From a virus, in the IMG/VR virus record IMGVR_UViG_3300009506_000002, positions 78,378-142,377 of that record: a DNA stretch of 64,000 nt; one strand, 5' to 3'. The position numbers and the translations under genes are program-made. Positions 38,321-48,028 of the stretch are shown piece after piece. Positions within the stretch are counted from its first letter, which is position 1. Each line of letters starts with the position of its first letter. The notes beneath the pieces were generated by a model. The model ran no database searches and was not told where the DNA came from. It saw only the letters and a list, made by a program, of their open reading frames with translations.

Positions 38321-38903
38321 GTTCGCGCGTCATATTTGCGCGCGCTTTCTCCTCGTACTTGAATTGGAAGTACGGCGTCAGGAAGATCTTGCCACGGTTC
38401 AGCATATCACATAAGAACCGTGAGCGACCTGCATCCCAATACTGGCGCTCGAAGTAGAATGTGTACTCATGACGGATGCCAGCCGTGCAGAGACTATAGA
38501 CGTCCCAATCAGTGCCCAAGTAGGCACAATCGAGATCGTAGATGTAGTTGTATGCAACCACGTCGGATTCATTGTGACTTTCCGTCCCGATTATTCCGCG
38601 TACTACATATTCAATGTCGTCACGCCCATAGCCAGCGGTTTCCATGTACTGCTCGGCCAGCGTTGCAGATTCATCTTCATTGAAGTCTCTGTTCGCTTCG
38701 TAGACGGCATCATGGAACAGAATGATCAGTATGTCGAGTTCGTTGTACGGAAGGTGTTGGTTGTCAACCAAACGGTTATACCCTTCAATCATTTTGTAGA
38801 CGTGGTGCATCGTGTGATACAGGCGCACGCCTCTCGAATAGCACGTTGCACAAAGATCGATTGCATCTAGGTGCTTTCTATAAAACTCAGGACGTATCAA
38901 CAC
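38286..38903 (-). CDS. HD-domain metal-dependent phosphohydrolase
   Basis: YHTMHHV, LFHDAVY, NEDESA, DLDCAYLG, IRHEY. Confidence 0.85.
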   Translation of the reverse strand: MLIRPEFYRKHLDAIDLCATCYSRGVRLYHTMHHVYKMIEGYNRLVDNQHLPYNELDILIILFHDAVYEANRDFNEDESATLAEQYMETAGYGRDDIEYVVRGIIGTESHNESDVVAYNYIYDLDCAYLGTDWDVYSLCTAGIRHEYTFYFERQYWDAGRSRFLCDMLNRGKIFLTPYFQFKYEEKARANMTRELESIHDENKGA

Positions 38904-38911
38904 ACTAAATA
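38904..38911 (+). promoter_or_regulatory. T4-like late promoter (ACTAAATA)
   Basis: Directly upstream of the plus-strand operon. Confidence 0.6.
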
Positions 38912-38920
38912 CCTACACGT

Positions 38921-39301
38921 ATGGAATTCATCAAACTTACCCCAAAGAACTTTACACTTTACGCGACAAAGATGTACGAAAATCCTCAATGCTCATCCAT
39001 GGACGAGTTCAATGAGGACTTGCGCCGTTTTTCATCAGTGAAGCGCCTACTGCTAAGGCTATCACGAAAAGATGATTCTGTCAACATAAGAATGCTCCTC
39101 AATCACATTATCATCCTGGACAACCTTTTTGGGAATGAAGCTGCCACGCGCATGTTGTTCTTTTACTGTGACGAATGCACATATCCCTATCTTAAGAGCT
39201 TCCTTCTGTTCCTCAACATTCTACCACAATACATTGCCGAAGTCAACATCCAAGAATTGCCCGCTGATCAGGCGACCATAAATAAGTTAAAGAACCTATA
39301 A
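38921..39301 (+). CDS. Conserved T4-like phage protein
   Basis: NFTLYA.KMYENPQC...EFNEDL.RF...LLNHIIIL.NLFG. Confidence 0.85.
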   Translation: MEFIKLTPKNFTLYATKMYENPQCSSMDEFNEDLRRFSSVKRLLLRLSRKDDSVNIRMLLNHIIILDNLFGNEAATRMLFFYCDECTYPYLKSFLLFLNILPQYIAEVNIQELPADQATINKLKNL

Positions 39302-39315
39302 CGATTGAGGGTACC

Positions 39316-39849
39316 GTGGCTTCACCATTAGAGCTGTTCCTTGCATACAAATTTGTCCGCATCATGTCTACTCCGTTTGAAGAGTGGGACGCGTACAAGC
39401 TCGGACTGATCGACAAGAAGGGAACTAAGCTGAAAGCTGCCAGCACGTCGGATGAGAAGAACGCAATGTCACTCGTCCACATTTTGGCGCGCAACTTGAA
39501 GCGCGTGCTCCAGAAGCTTCCGTTTGGTCAGTCAAAACTTGCGAGCTTTTCTGCCGCACTTTTCCTCCTAAAAGAAGCTCAGGAGCTCGGCGACCCAGAA
39601 AAGCTGCTGGAAGGGCTTGTGGGGCCATCAGACATGGTTTCTGAAAGCATCTCTACCCTACCACCAGGACTGTACAAGACAGACCCCTCAATATTTGAGG
39701 ATCTAATTATATCATCAGGCGCGTTCATTGTCAAGGAAGAACTTTTGCCAGTGCGCACCATGTTCGGTGAGAACATCTTTGAAGTGCGCGACCTCGTACA
39801 TCGCACAACCGTCCTGATGCCAGCATCTCTATTGGAGCCACTACAATGA
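39316..39849 (+). CDS. Conserved T4-like phage protein
   Basis: YKFVRIMSTPFEEWDAYKLGLID.KG...SFSAALFLLKE. Confidence 0.8.
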   Translation: MASPLELFLAYKFVRIMSTPFEEWDAYKLGLIDKKGTKLKAASTSDEKNAMSLVHILARNLKRVLQKLPFGQSKLASFSAALFLLKEAQELGDPEKLLEGLVGPSDMVSESISTLPPGLYKTDPSIFEDLIISSGAFIVKEELLPVRTMFGENIFEVRDLVHRTTVLMPASLLEPLQ

Positions 39850-40865
39850 AAGAAAAGATTGATGAAATGGTAACGACTGGCGGAGCACTTGCCAGCCATT
39901 CACCTACCGATGCGCGCCGCAAGGCACAGGTACTGCCAGATGGTAACTTTGGCGGTAAGCCATATTTCGACTGCTCTCCAGACATTTTTGCCAAGTGCTA
40001 CAAAGGACGCAAGAAAGGCCAGCGCTGGTCAACCTATCTCGAGGCTGACAATGAATGGGCGCGCGGCGTGCGTACATGGGCTCGTCAAACTGGCAACCCT
40101 GACTTTTTGTTCCGCAATACCGCGGACAACTCGTTCATGTATGCCCAGTATGGTATCATGAAGGAAGAGACGCAGATCGATGAGGCGACTATTAAGGGCT
40201 GGCTCAAGACGTTCATGAAGAAAGGTCAGAACCGCTCTCCGATGGAGCAGGAATACGTGAAGGCTCAGAAGGCCCTGAAGAAGGAGAACCCGAAGGCTAA
40301 GATTGGCGCGATTGGCGTTGATCAGAATGGCGATATTCGCTTCATGACACTGACCGGAGACGAGTTTGTGTTGCGTAAGGACGGTAGCCTTGAGTTGATG
40401 AATGAATCACTCGATGAGGCAATGAACATGAAGACCGTCAAGATCGGTTTTCCAAGCAATGAATTGGCAGCAGAAGTGGCCGCTAACCTCAAGAGAGAAA
40501 ACTTCCTCGAGCTGAAAGTATCTGGGAAGGTGGTGGAAATCACATACAGACAGGGCACCGCTTATGGTGCGTGGTCGCTCAAGGACCTAAAGCACGCGGT
40601 CAAGATGGCCGGAAGAGCCGCTGGCATGAATGAGAGTGTGGAGATTGATGAGGCAATGAGAATGTCTCTGGCTCCTGCCATTGCCAAAGACTTGAAGGCG
40701 AAGGGCGTCACCAAAACAAAGAACTCTGAGAAGGAAATCATCTCAATGATCTTCCAGGAGCTCGAGAACTATCCTGCGTTCAAGGGTAACAAGAAGAGAA
40801 AGCAGGCCCAGATGCAAGATGATGACTTCATCATGGACGTACTAGCAGAGCTTCCAGTTCGTTAA
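39846..40865 (+). CDS. Putative head-internal polyprotein with repeated (I/L)DE linkers
   Basis: KIDE-M, EETQIDE-A, MNESLDE-AM, MNESVEIDE-AM separate four unrelated modules. Confidence 0.6.
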   Translation: MKEKIDEMVTTGGALASHSPTDARRKAQVLPDGNFGGKPYFDCSPDIFAKCYKGRKKGQRWSTYLEADNEWARGVRTWARQTGNPDFLFRNTADNSFMYAQYGIMKEETQIDEATIKGWLKTFMKKGQNRSPMEQEYVKAQKALKKENPKAKIGAIGVDQNGDIRFMTLTGDEFVLRKDGSLELMNESLDEAMNMKTVKIGFPSNELAAEVAANLKRENFLELKVSGKVVEITYRQGTAYGAWSLKDLKHAVKMAGRAAGMNESVEIDEAMRMSLAPAIAKDLKAKGVTKTKNSEKEIISMIFQELENYPAFKGNKKRKQAQMQDDDFIMDVLAELPVR

Positions 40866-41104
40866 CAGTCCATCCCGTCAATCAACTGAAAAGAACCACC
40901 TAATTCAACGTAGGTGGTTTTTTCTTTTGTTGCGTTGTCAACCACTTTCACAGATGAAAACTTGCCAATCTTGTCCTTGAGCCAAGCATCGAGATCAGCC
41001 TTGTTGATCTGCTCCTCCGGACCAAGACCACCTACGCCGCGTTTCAATTCCGCGACAGTCAGTTCCTTGCGCTTGAGGAATGTGGTGAAGCGAGGGATTG
41101 CCAT
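40862..41104 (-). CDS. Putative internal head protein
   Basis: N-terminal RFTTFL motif. Confidence 0.55.
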   Translation of the reverse strand: MAIPRFTTFLKRKELTVAELKRGVGGLGPEEQINKADLDAWLKDKIGKFSSVKVVDNATKEKTTYVELGGSFQLIDGMDC

Positions 41105-41658
41105 TAGGCTTTCAACTTCTTCTGTAGGAATCCGAACTCACTGTGGAGCTCTTTTGGCATCAGCTTCTTGAAAGCTGCTTCGTCACCTGCTCTGATCAGT
41201 TCACGGACTTTGGTTGCGCTGGTAAAGCGTTCTGTCATCTTAAAGCGGGTCTTGAATTGCTTGGCAGTGTCGAGCTTCTTGTTCACGCCATCGATCTGAG
41301 CCTTGTAGCCTTTGATGCGATCTTCACCTGCATAGATTGCACCGATCTCGAGACCGAGCAATCGAAGGTTTGCCATGATCTCTGGCAAGTATCCCGGAGC
41401 CACCTCAACAACCTTCAGGCCAGGCATTGCTTTTTGCAGCAAGCGCATCTGATCAGATGAGGATAGCGGATTGCGGTTCTTATCGAGCGAGCTCTTTGCT
41501 CCCTTGACCAGTGCCACAACAGGATTCTTCATCTTCTTGATGATCTTCAGGTGACCCAGATGAATTGGCTGCATACGTCCAAGGAATAGCTCGGCAGGCT
41601 TGCTTGCCTTGTTAGGCACCTGCTCAATGTCAAATGCTTCTTCGAGCTCGATTGTCAT
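41104..41658 (-). CDS. HxGH nucleotidyltransferase (cytidylyltransferase-like)
   Basis: LGRMQPIHLGH, NPLS, AGEDR, SATKVR. Confidence 0.85.
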   Translation of the reverse strand: MTIELEEAFDIEQVPNKASKPAELFLGRMQPIHLGHLKIIKKMKNPVVALVKGAKSSLDKNRNPLSSSDQMRLLQKAMPGLKVVEVAPGYLPEIMANLRLLGLEIGAIYAGEDRIKGYKAQIDGVNKKLDTAKQFKTRFKMTERFTSATKVRELIRAGDEAAFKKLMPKELHSEFGFLQKKLKA

Positions 41659-42110
41659 ACCTTTAACTCCGGGTTGGGTGTTTTGAAGTCAGCTTTTCGC
41701 ATGACCGTTTTTGCGACCAATTCGATCATGCCCTTCTTGTTGAGGTTGAGGACGAATGGCACGTTGATATTCGAGGATACGCTCTTAATCACCGCCTGAA
41801 AGTCATCTGGCTTTGTGGTCAGTGTGCGGCCATGCAGAGAGTATGCTTTGCGGAACAGTTCCTCAAGCTCTGCAACAGTGATGTCCTTCTTGTTGCGCGC
41901 ATCATTCACACGATCAAGGAAGTGGCGCGTGAACTCAATGTCGATGTTCAATCCCTTGAACAGGTTGTCGAGCATCTTCTCGAGATGATTCAAGTCCTGC
42001 TGGGTTACCTTCTTGGCAGCTTCGGGATTGTTCTTCGCGCACAGAGCCATCAGCTTTGCTTGTGCGTTGACCGACTCATCGAGCCACTGTAGGAAACGCA
42101 TTACCTTCAT
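41655..42110 (-). CDS. Putative internal head protein, possible RNase-like fold
   Basis: MRFLQWLDE leader; FTRHFLDRVND...KTVMRK. Confidence 0.6.
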   Translation of the reverse strand: MKVMRFLQWLDESVNAQAKLMALCAKNNPEAAKKVTQQDLNHLEKMLDNLFKGLNIDIEFTRHFLDRVNDARNKKDITVAELEELFRKAYSLHGRTLTTKPDDFQAVIKSVSSNINVPFVLNLNKKGMIELVAKTVMRKADFKTPNPELKV

Positions 42111-42439
42111 GCGTCAAATCCGTACCACGTAATGCCGCCAGCACGAGCAGGTGAATAGATCTCCTGGATCTTCTTCATCTTGTGCTTTTTCAGCACAGCA
42201 ACCACCTTGTCCTTGTCCTCTTTCGACATGATCTTCGTAGGCATTGTGACTGATACGCGCAGGATGTCTCCAGGCATACCGTGGTAGATCACATAAGGAC
42301 GGGTTGAAATGCTACGTCGCAGCGAGCGAAGTGCCTGTGAGACAGCGTCGTCACCTTTGATCTCCTTCTCAGGGAAAGCGGCGAGCATGTCTTTCTTGAT
42401 TGCTTCGTACTTTGCGAGTTGCTTGTTTGATAGTGCCAT
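42107..42439 (-). CDS. Hypothetical basic protein
   Basis: Coupled ORF. Confidence 0.65.
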   Translation of the reverse strand: MALSNKQLAKYEAIKKDMLAAFPEKEIKGDDAVSQALRSLRRSISTRPYVIYHGMPGDILRVSVTMPTKIMSKEDKDKVVAVLKKHKMKKIQEIYSPARAGGITWYGFDA

Positions 42440-42441
42440 TC

Positions 42442-42726
42442 TTATTTCCTCTTCATCATCGTAAGTTTACGCTTCGTCGCAGGTTTGTCAAGCAATTCTT
42501 CTGCATCCAGTAGCGCACGCGCGAGGAACCAGTCGTTGCGACCAAACTCGTATTTCAGATTGGCAGAATTACCACTCTTCACCTGATCAGCGATGGTCGA
42601 CAGCTTGCGCGCAACCATTGAGCGGAGACCCTTGAGAGTGAGAACACCGTAGCCAGTGATCGCTAGTGTCGGATCATCGGGGTTGAAGTTCTCATACTCA
42701 TAATAGACAGATACTCTTGATGTCAT
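42442..42726 (-). CDS. Hypothetical protein
   Basis: ORF in late cluster. Confidence 0.55.
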   Translation of the reverse strand: MTSRVSVYYEYENFNPDDPTLAITGYGVLTLKGLRSMVARKLSTIADQVKSGNSANLKYEFGRNDWFLARALLDAEELLDKPATKRKLTMMKRK

Positions 42727-42779
42727 ACGCCCGCCTTCAGTCGGTTAAAGATGTTGCCTTCGTTGATCATGTGGACGAC

Positions 42780-43502
42780 TTAGCCGAGCTGACTTACGGC
42801 AAAGCTAACGATTTGTGGTGAGTATCCCAGTTTCTTACCAAAGGCCTGCATGTTCTTCTTGACCTTGGCGACATCCCACTTGGCAATATCCTTTCCATAC
42901 TCCATCTCGAAGTCAGAAATCAACTGCGCAGCATCGCTCATCTTGCCCTCATCGAGCATGATTTCAGCTTCTGCTTCGGTCAGCTTCTTCTGGAATGCAT
43001 CGAGCTTCCAGTAGCTTGTGGTCTTGCCATTGATCATTGAGGATGTCTTGATTGGCTTGCCATTGTTGAGGTCACTCAGATACAGGTTGGCATCCTTCAG
43101 GAACTTGCTCACCTGAGGGCCGAGCTTGGCAGCATCCTTCTCACTGGCAAACGTGATGCCAACGGATACAAGACCGAACTTGTTCTTTGGTCCGAGCGTT
43201 ACGCGGGTACCTGGGAACTTGCTGGCGACAGTCTTGGCAATGCCAGCCAGTGGGTGACCTGATGGTGTACCCTCATCCAGCCGATCTGCGAGGTATTCAG
43301 AGAAGCCGATCACATCGCCCTCGTCAACACCGGCCATCTTCTTGAAGATAGTCATGACGATTGCGTAGAATCGGTCACTCTCGTGATCCATATCGGGATA
43401 TTGTTTTGCTGCGGCAGCTTTGGCATCTTGCCACTTCTTTTCGAGTGTGGCAACAGAGCCCTTGCCCATGTCAGCGAGCTTCTTAACGTATGCGGTAGGC
43501 AT
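42780..43502 (-). CDS. Putative internal head polyprotein
   Basis: Internal FSEYL..RLDE-G and KLTE..MLDE-G motifs; late promoter at 43530-43537. Confidence 0.65.
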   Translation of the reverse strand: MPTAYVKKLADMGKGSVATLEKKWQDAKAAAAKQYPDMDHESDRFYAIVMTIFKKMAGVDEGDVIGFSEYLADRLDEGTPSGHPLAGIAKTVASKFPGTRVTLGPKNKFGLVSVGITFASEKDAAKLGPQVSKFLKDANLYLSDLNNGKPIKTSSMINGKTTSYWKLDAFQKKLTEAEAEIMLDEGKMSDAAQLISDFEMEYGKDIAKWDVAKVKKNMQAFGKKLGYSPQIVSFAVSQLG

Positions 43503-43539
43503 GGTGATCTCCTTAGAAACGCTTTTTACTATTTAGTTT

Positions 43540-43863
43540 CTAGGAAACTGTGACCTTGACCACTTTGCCAGTGTCGGTGACTGATACAGACGCGCCGCCC
43601 ATTGGCATTGAATACGCGCCAGACAGATTGCCCTTCTTGAATTCGGTCACCTTTTCACCACGATTCTTCGCGATGTCAGACAGCGCCTTCATTGCTTCTT
43701 CAGCAACGCCCTTGCCTGAGTCCTTCATAGCGATAGCACCGCCAGAATTTGAAACGTCCCAGCCCTTGTTGCCCAGACGGCGCTTCAATGCCATGAACAG
43801 TGAGCGCGACAAATCCTTTGCAGCTTCCTCGGTGAGGTATTCAGAAAACTTCTTTACTTCCAC
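43540..43863 (-). CDS. Putative internal head protein
   Basis: MEVKKFSEYLTE leader resembles T4 CTS MKTYQEFIAE. Confidence 0.65.
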   Translation of the reverse strand: MEVKKFSEYLTEEAAKDLSRSLFMALKRRLGNKGWDVSNSGGAIAMKDSGKGVAEEAMKALSDIAKNRGEKVTEFKKGNLSGAYSMPMGGASVSVTDTGKVVKVTVS

Positions 43864-43874
43864 TTCTTTCTCCT

Positions 43875-45122
43875 TTACATGAACGTCAGACCGACTTTGT
43901 CTGCCGCTCTGCTATATCCATTCTTTGTTCTTAGTACCACTTTCGGTATCTTTGCAGCTTTGCCCGATATCGGCTTGATGTCGAAATTTGGTGCGCCATC
44001 AGGTCTGAATCGGTTCATAATCAAATAATGAACTCTGCTAATGATAGCAGCTTTGAACATGCTTGTAAAGTCCAAAGTTCCATTCTTTGACTGTTCAACG
44101 AGCAGCTTCTCAAGCTCGTATCTAATATAGCCGTAGTCGGTGATTCCTTCCTTCTTTGGCTTGACCTTGTTCTTGTTGATCAGGTCGGTGAACAGGTGGA
44201 GCTGTGACCACCCGTCGATATCTCTTGATGACTTCACGCCAGCGATTGAGTCGAGGTGCTTCTTGGTAAAGCCAGGTACCTTTGCTGCCATTGCGGCATA
44301 GAACGCGCCAGTGTTGACGCTGTTATCGGTTAGTGCCTGCAGGACTTCATACTCTTGGGTCTTCTTGTAGTGTTGCAGCATCTTATCTGTGCCAATGATC
44401 TTGATCAGGTCAGAACCCTTGACGGTGTTCGATGCTGATCCACCAGCCTTTGACGACACGCGCACAACTGACTTCTCATCCTTTGAGTAGACGTAGAAGT
44501 CAACCAGTGGCTCGTTACCTGACACAGGGAAGAATGCTTTCCAAGACATGTCAATCATGCCAATGTGCAGCAAGTAGAACGGGCCTAGCAGTTCACCAAA
44601 GTTCTTCTGGATTTCGTTGATTGGCATGGTCTTGACTTCAACACTCTTTGGGAGCATCTTTGTGCCTCCCATGTAGTAATCAGTCAAAAGGTGTAGGAAA
44701 TCACGGATTGACTCTGACAGATCAGTTCGCTTATCAATCGCAACTTTCACTGCCTTGTGATAGTCCTTAAGGCCATATTTCTTACCAACGAGGTTGTAGA
44801 AATCTTGAGGCTTCAACTTATGTGCTTTTGCGCCCTTAGCCCACGAAAGTCCATACTGTGCAGGGCTTACCATACTTGCAACAGGAGCACCATACTTGAG
44901 AAATTGAAGAGTCTTGCTGCCTGCTTGGATAACTGCAAAGTGGCCTCTATTTTCAAGTTTACCTTTGACCACGCCAGTTCCATTAACCTTATACGGCTTG
45001 AGGTCTTTCTCTAGGTCGCGTGAGTAGCCAATTCCCAAGACCTCGTAGACACCTCCCTTGTACTTGACAAGGTCGCCGATGTGAGACGGGTCAAACAGTC
45101 CGCCGACGCTACGCGCTGACAC
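43875..45122 (-). CDS. Putative PD-(D/E)XK-like nuclease
   Basis: NFGELLG...FP..GNEPLVDF...VSSK pattern. Confidence 0.5.
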   Translation of the reverse strand: MSARSVGGLFDPSHIGDLVKYKGGVYEVLGIGYSRDLEKDLKPYKVNGTGVVKGKLENRGHFAVIQAGSKTLQFLKYGAPVASMVSPAQYGLSWAKGAKAHKLKPQDFYNLVGKKYGLKDYHKAVKVAIDKRTDLSESIRDFLHLLTDYYMGGTKMLPKSVEVKTMPINEIQKNFGELLGPFYLLHIGMIDMSWKAFFPVSGNEPLVDFYVYSKDEKSVVRVSSKAGGSASNTVKGSDLIKIIGTDKMLQHYKKTQEYEVLQALTDNSVNTGAFYAAMAAKVPGFTKKHLDSIAGVKSSRDIDGWSQLHLFTDLINKNKVKPKKEGITDYGYIRYELEKLLVEQSKNGTLDFTSMFKAAIISRVHYLIMNRFRPDGAPNFDIKPISGKAAKIPKVVLRTKNGYSRAADKVGLTFM

Positions 45123-46388
45123 TTAGAGTCTCCAGAGCATGCCTGAGATTTGGTTGAGAGGAGCGAACAGGCCAGTGAGTTTCAGCAACTCGCCCTTATA
45201 GAAGAACGTGATGCCTTCGGTCGGAACCAGCTTTTCAATGCCGCCAATCTTGTTGATGCGGTCGAGCTCCAGACGCAGCTTGGCAATGACATCTGGGTCA
45301 GTTGACTTCTCAAGCGTCTTGACTGTAGAGTGGAACTTCTGTCGCATGTTGTCAAGGGTGTGATCAGGGTTGACTGCAATCAAGGTATCGATTCCCTGTA
45401 GCACTTCAACACCTACGCGCAGGAACAGAACCTCGAATGGCAAGTGCATTCGCTTGCTCTCGTTCTTGGCTTCTCTCTTGTCGAAGTTCTTGACCTTCTG
45501 CGCCAGTGCTTTGTCGAGACCCTTGGCGATAGTATTGATATTTGGGGTTTTGATGCCATGCGCCCAACGATTGACCAGTGCCTTCTTGGTTGCTTCATCA
45601 ACTGCTGCAAAGTTCTTCGCCACGTAAGATGTCCAGTATGAGGTTGTGTAGTCCTTGATCGTGTTGTTCCAGCTTAGACGCTGGCCCTTCATGATCTTGC
45701 CAAGCTCTGCAATGTGCTTCGCGCGTAGGGTATCGTAGTTTGGCATCTTCTGCAGACGCAGCTTATCGATCTCCTTGATTGTGAAGGTTGACTGTTTGTG
45801 AGCCTGCACTTTTTGGAGCATTTTTGCCAGCGCTGCACCATCGGCCTTGTTTAGCTGGCTGATAGGCTCGCCCGCTTCATTGTACTCGAGTGTACCGTGG
45901 AAGCGCAGTTCATCGACGCCGTAGTGAATGACGTTTGGGTTAGATGAGTACAACACCTCAACAGACATGAAGCGCTTGCCGTTCATGAAAATCTTGTCGC
46001 GTTGATCAGCAGACAGTTCCTTGACCGCAGTCTCTAGGTCGCGTGCAGCTTCAACAAAGGCTGTTTCGATTGTGCCACGTCCTGCGAACATTGCCTTGAC
46101 ACCATCAACACCCATTGCATTTTCGCCTGCGTTCTTGAGGTGACTCTTGTTGCGTGCAGCAATCAGTCGTCCGCCACGCCATGAAACCAGAAGGTTCTGG
46201 CCGTCAGTCTTTTCGCGTGACCATTCAAGTTCGCCCGAGAGTGACTTGTCGATGATGTCGCGTAGATCTTTGAAAGTGAAGGTCTCGATGTCAAATGGAT
46301 GAGCGAGGTGACCGAAGCCACCACCCTCATCTAGACGTTCTGATTCCTTGAGATAGGTCGAAAATCGCTTAATTGCAGGAGATGCCAT
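45123..46388 (-). CDS. Ligase-like KxDG nucleotidyltransferase protein with capsid-targeting leader
   Basis: KRFSTYLKE.RLDE leader; GHLAHPFD, EKTDGQN, EGITF, KLTGLFAPLNQI; late promoter at 46418-46425. Confidence 0.7.
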   Translation of the reverse strand: MASPAIKRFSTYLKESERLDEGGGFGHLAHPFDIETFTFKDLRDIIDKSLSGELEWSREKTDGQNLLVSWRGGRLIAARNKSHLKNAGENAMGVDGVKAMFAGRGTIETAFVEAARDLETAVKELSADQRDKIFMNGKRFMSVEVLYSSNPNVIHYGVDELRFHGTLEYNEAGEPISQLNKADGAALAKMLQKVQAHKQSTFTIKEIDKLRLQKMPNYDTLRAKHIAELGKIMKGQRLSWNNTIKDYTTSYWTSYVAKNFAAVDEATKKALVNRWAHGIKTPNINTIAKGLDKALAQKVKNFDKREAKNESKRMHLPFEVLFLRVGVEVLQGIDTLIAVNPDHTLDNMRQKFHSTVKTLEKSTDPDVIAKLRLELDRINKIGGIEKLVPTEGITFFYKGELLKLTGLFAPLNQISGMLWRL

Positions 46389-46597
46389 GTATTCCTCATA
46401 GTTGAAAGATATACCACTATTTATTAGATGACTCGCCACGTATCAAATTGACTGCGGGCGACATCGTCATGTGGAAAATATCATCTCCTTCGGCTTCACT
46501 GGCAGGCAGCCCCACCAGATCATTGCCGCGTCTGGCAATCACGACGTAATCGTCAGGCACTTCATACAGTTTTCCTTCATATTCAAGAACAATCATG

Positions 46598-48028
46598 TTA
46601 CACCTCAAATCCTGCAAATGGGTCTGCGCTGTACTTGCCTGGAGCATCCTTCGTTGGGTGAGGGAAGCCCTTTGGCAGTTCTCCTGCTGGCTCATGTGTC
46701 TGACCAGCACCTGGGTGGGTCTTGGTAGGATCCTCACATTCTGACAAGCGCATCTGTGCTCGGTCAATATTGAGGATTTCTGCAACGTTGCGCGTAACAT
46801 CAGAGAATCTGTTCTTCAGTTGCTTCAACTTCATCTGACCCATCTGCGTAAGCTGATCGGTTACAATGATACCGATCATAAGGTCAGCCGTTGCTGGCAA
46901 GCCTGCTGATTCAGAAGTGTTGCTCAATTCAAGGTCAGAGCTTCCCCAACCGTCTCTGTTCGTCTGAGTAGATGAAATGATTGCAACATCCTGCTCTACA
47001 GCCAAGCCGCGCAGTTCTTCTGCAATTGACTTGACCAGCACGTAGGTGTTCTCACCATTTCTGATTCTGCTTGACGCGCAGATGTTCAGGTAGTCGATGA
47101 AGATGACATCTGGAATAAAGCGCTTCTTGATACGAAGCTCGCGCAGCAGGTGTCGGATATGGCCTACGTGCGCGCTGGCAGTAGGATACTCCTTTACCAT
47201 CAGTTTGCCTGTGGTCTTTGCTCTTATTTGCTCCAGGCGACTGTCAAACGTTTCCTTAGGCAAACTCCTCAGATCAGCAATGTCAACACCCATAAGGTTT
47301 GCGTCGATACGCTCAGAGATGCGCTCTTCCGCCATTTCCATCGTGATATACAGGACATTCTTGCCCTGCATGAGGAAGTCTGCTGCCAGATGACACTTGA
47401 CCAGTGTCTTACCTGCGTTGGTTGGCGCAAGCAGGATTGTCAGCGTTTTCTTTGGCAGTCCGCCGCCAGTGATCAGGTTGAGCCACTCAATCAGGAAGCG
47501 TAGGCGCTTCTCTTTCTTGTGGTAGAATTCCCAACGTGCGTCTGCGTTGTCAAGGTAGTCGTGACCGATGTTTGAATCGAACGAGACAGAGAGTGCATCT
47601 GCCAGCAACTCTGGAATCATGTTCTTGGTGCGCTTTTTGTCCTCACCTTGAATGATGCCAATTGAGTCCATGACCGCCAGATACACTGCCCTGTCCGAAC
47701 AATAGGTCTCGGTTGTATCAATCAACCACTGAAAATCTGGCTTCTCACGTTTCGCAAACTGGGCAATCTCACCGACCTTGTTGATGATGCCCTTCATCTC
47801 GTCCTCAGTTACGTCAGAGCGAGTCTCGAGTTCCAGTACAAGCGCTTCCTTGGTTGGTGGGTTGCTGTACTTTTTGACAAAGATATCGTACTCGTCAAAG
47901 ATGATACCGTTGACACGGGACTCGAAATATTCGCGCTTGAGATATGGCGCAACAGTACGAGCATAGGGCTCGTTGTAGATCAGTTGAGTGAGGATCTCGT
48001 CCTCAATCGAAACGTGTTCCAAATCCAT
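46598..48028 (-). CDS. 41: Replicative helicase gp41
   Basis: APTNAGKT, YITMEMAEERI, IDYLNI, SESAGLPATAD, QLKNR. Confidence 0.96.
   Translation of the reverse strand: MDLEHVSIEDEILTQLIYNEPYARTVAPYLKREYFESRVNGIIFDEYDIFVKKYSNPPTKEALVLELETRSDVTEDEMKGIINKVGEIAQFAKREKPDFQWLIDTTETYCSDRAVYLAVMDSIGIIQGEDKKRTKNMIPELLADALSVSFDSNIGHDYLDNADARWEFYHKKEKRLRFLIEWLNLITGGGLPKKTLTILLAPTNAGKTLVKCHLAADFLMQGKNVLYITMEMAEERISERIDANLMGVDIADLRSLPKETFDSRLEQIRAKTTGKLMVKEYPTASAHVGHIRHLLRELRIKKRFIPDVIFIDYLNICASSRIRNGENTYVLVKSIAEELRGLAVEQDVAIISSTQTNRDGWGSSDLELSNTSESAGLPATADLMIGIIVTDQLTQMGQMKLKQLKNRFSDVTRNVAEILNIDRAQMRLSECEDPTKTHPGAGQTHEPAGELPKGFPHPTKDAPGKYSADPFAGFEV

Noticed and set aside
17512-41658. NAD reconstitution (NARP) pathway from the PRTases plus the HxGH enzyme
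   Set aside because: The PRTases are short Gpt-like type I enzymes; no Nampt/Namat- or Prs-like gene is seen and the genes are unlinked.
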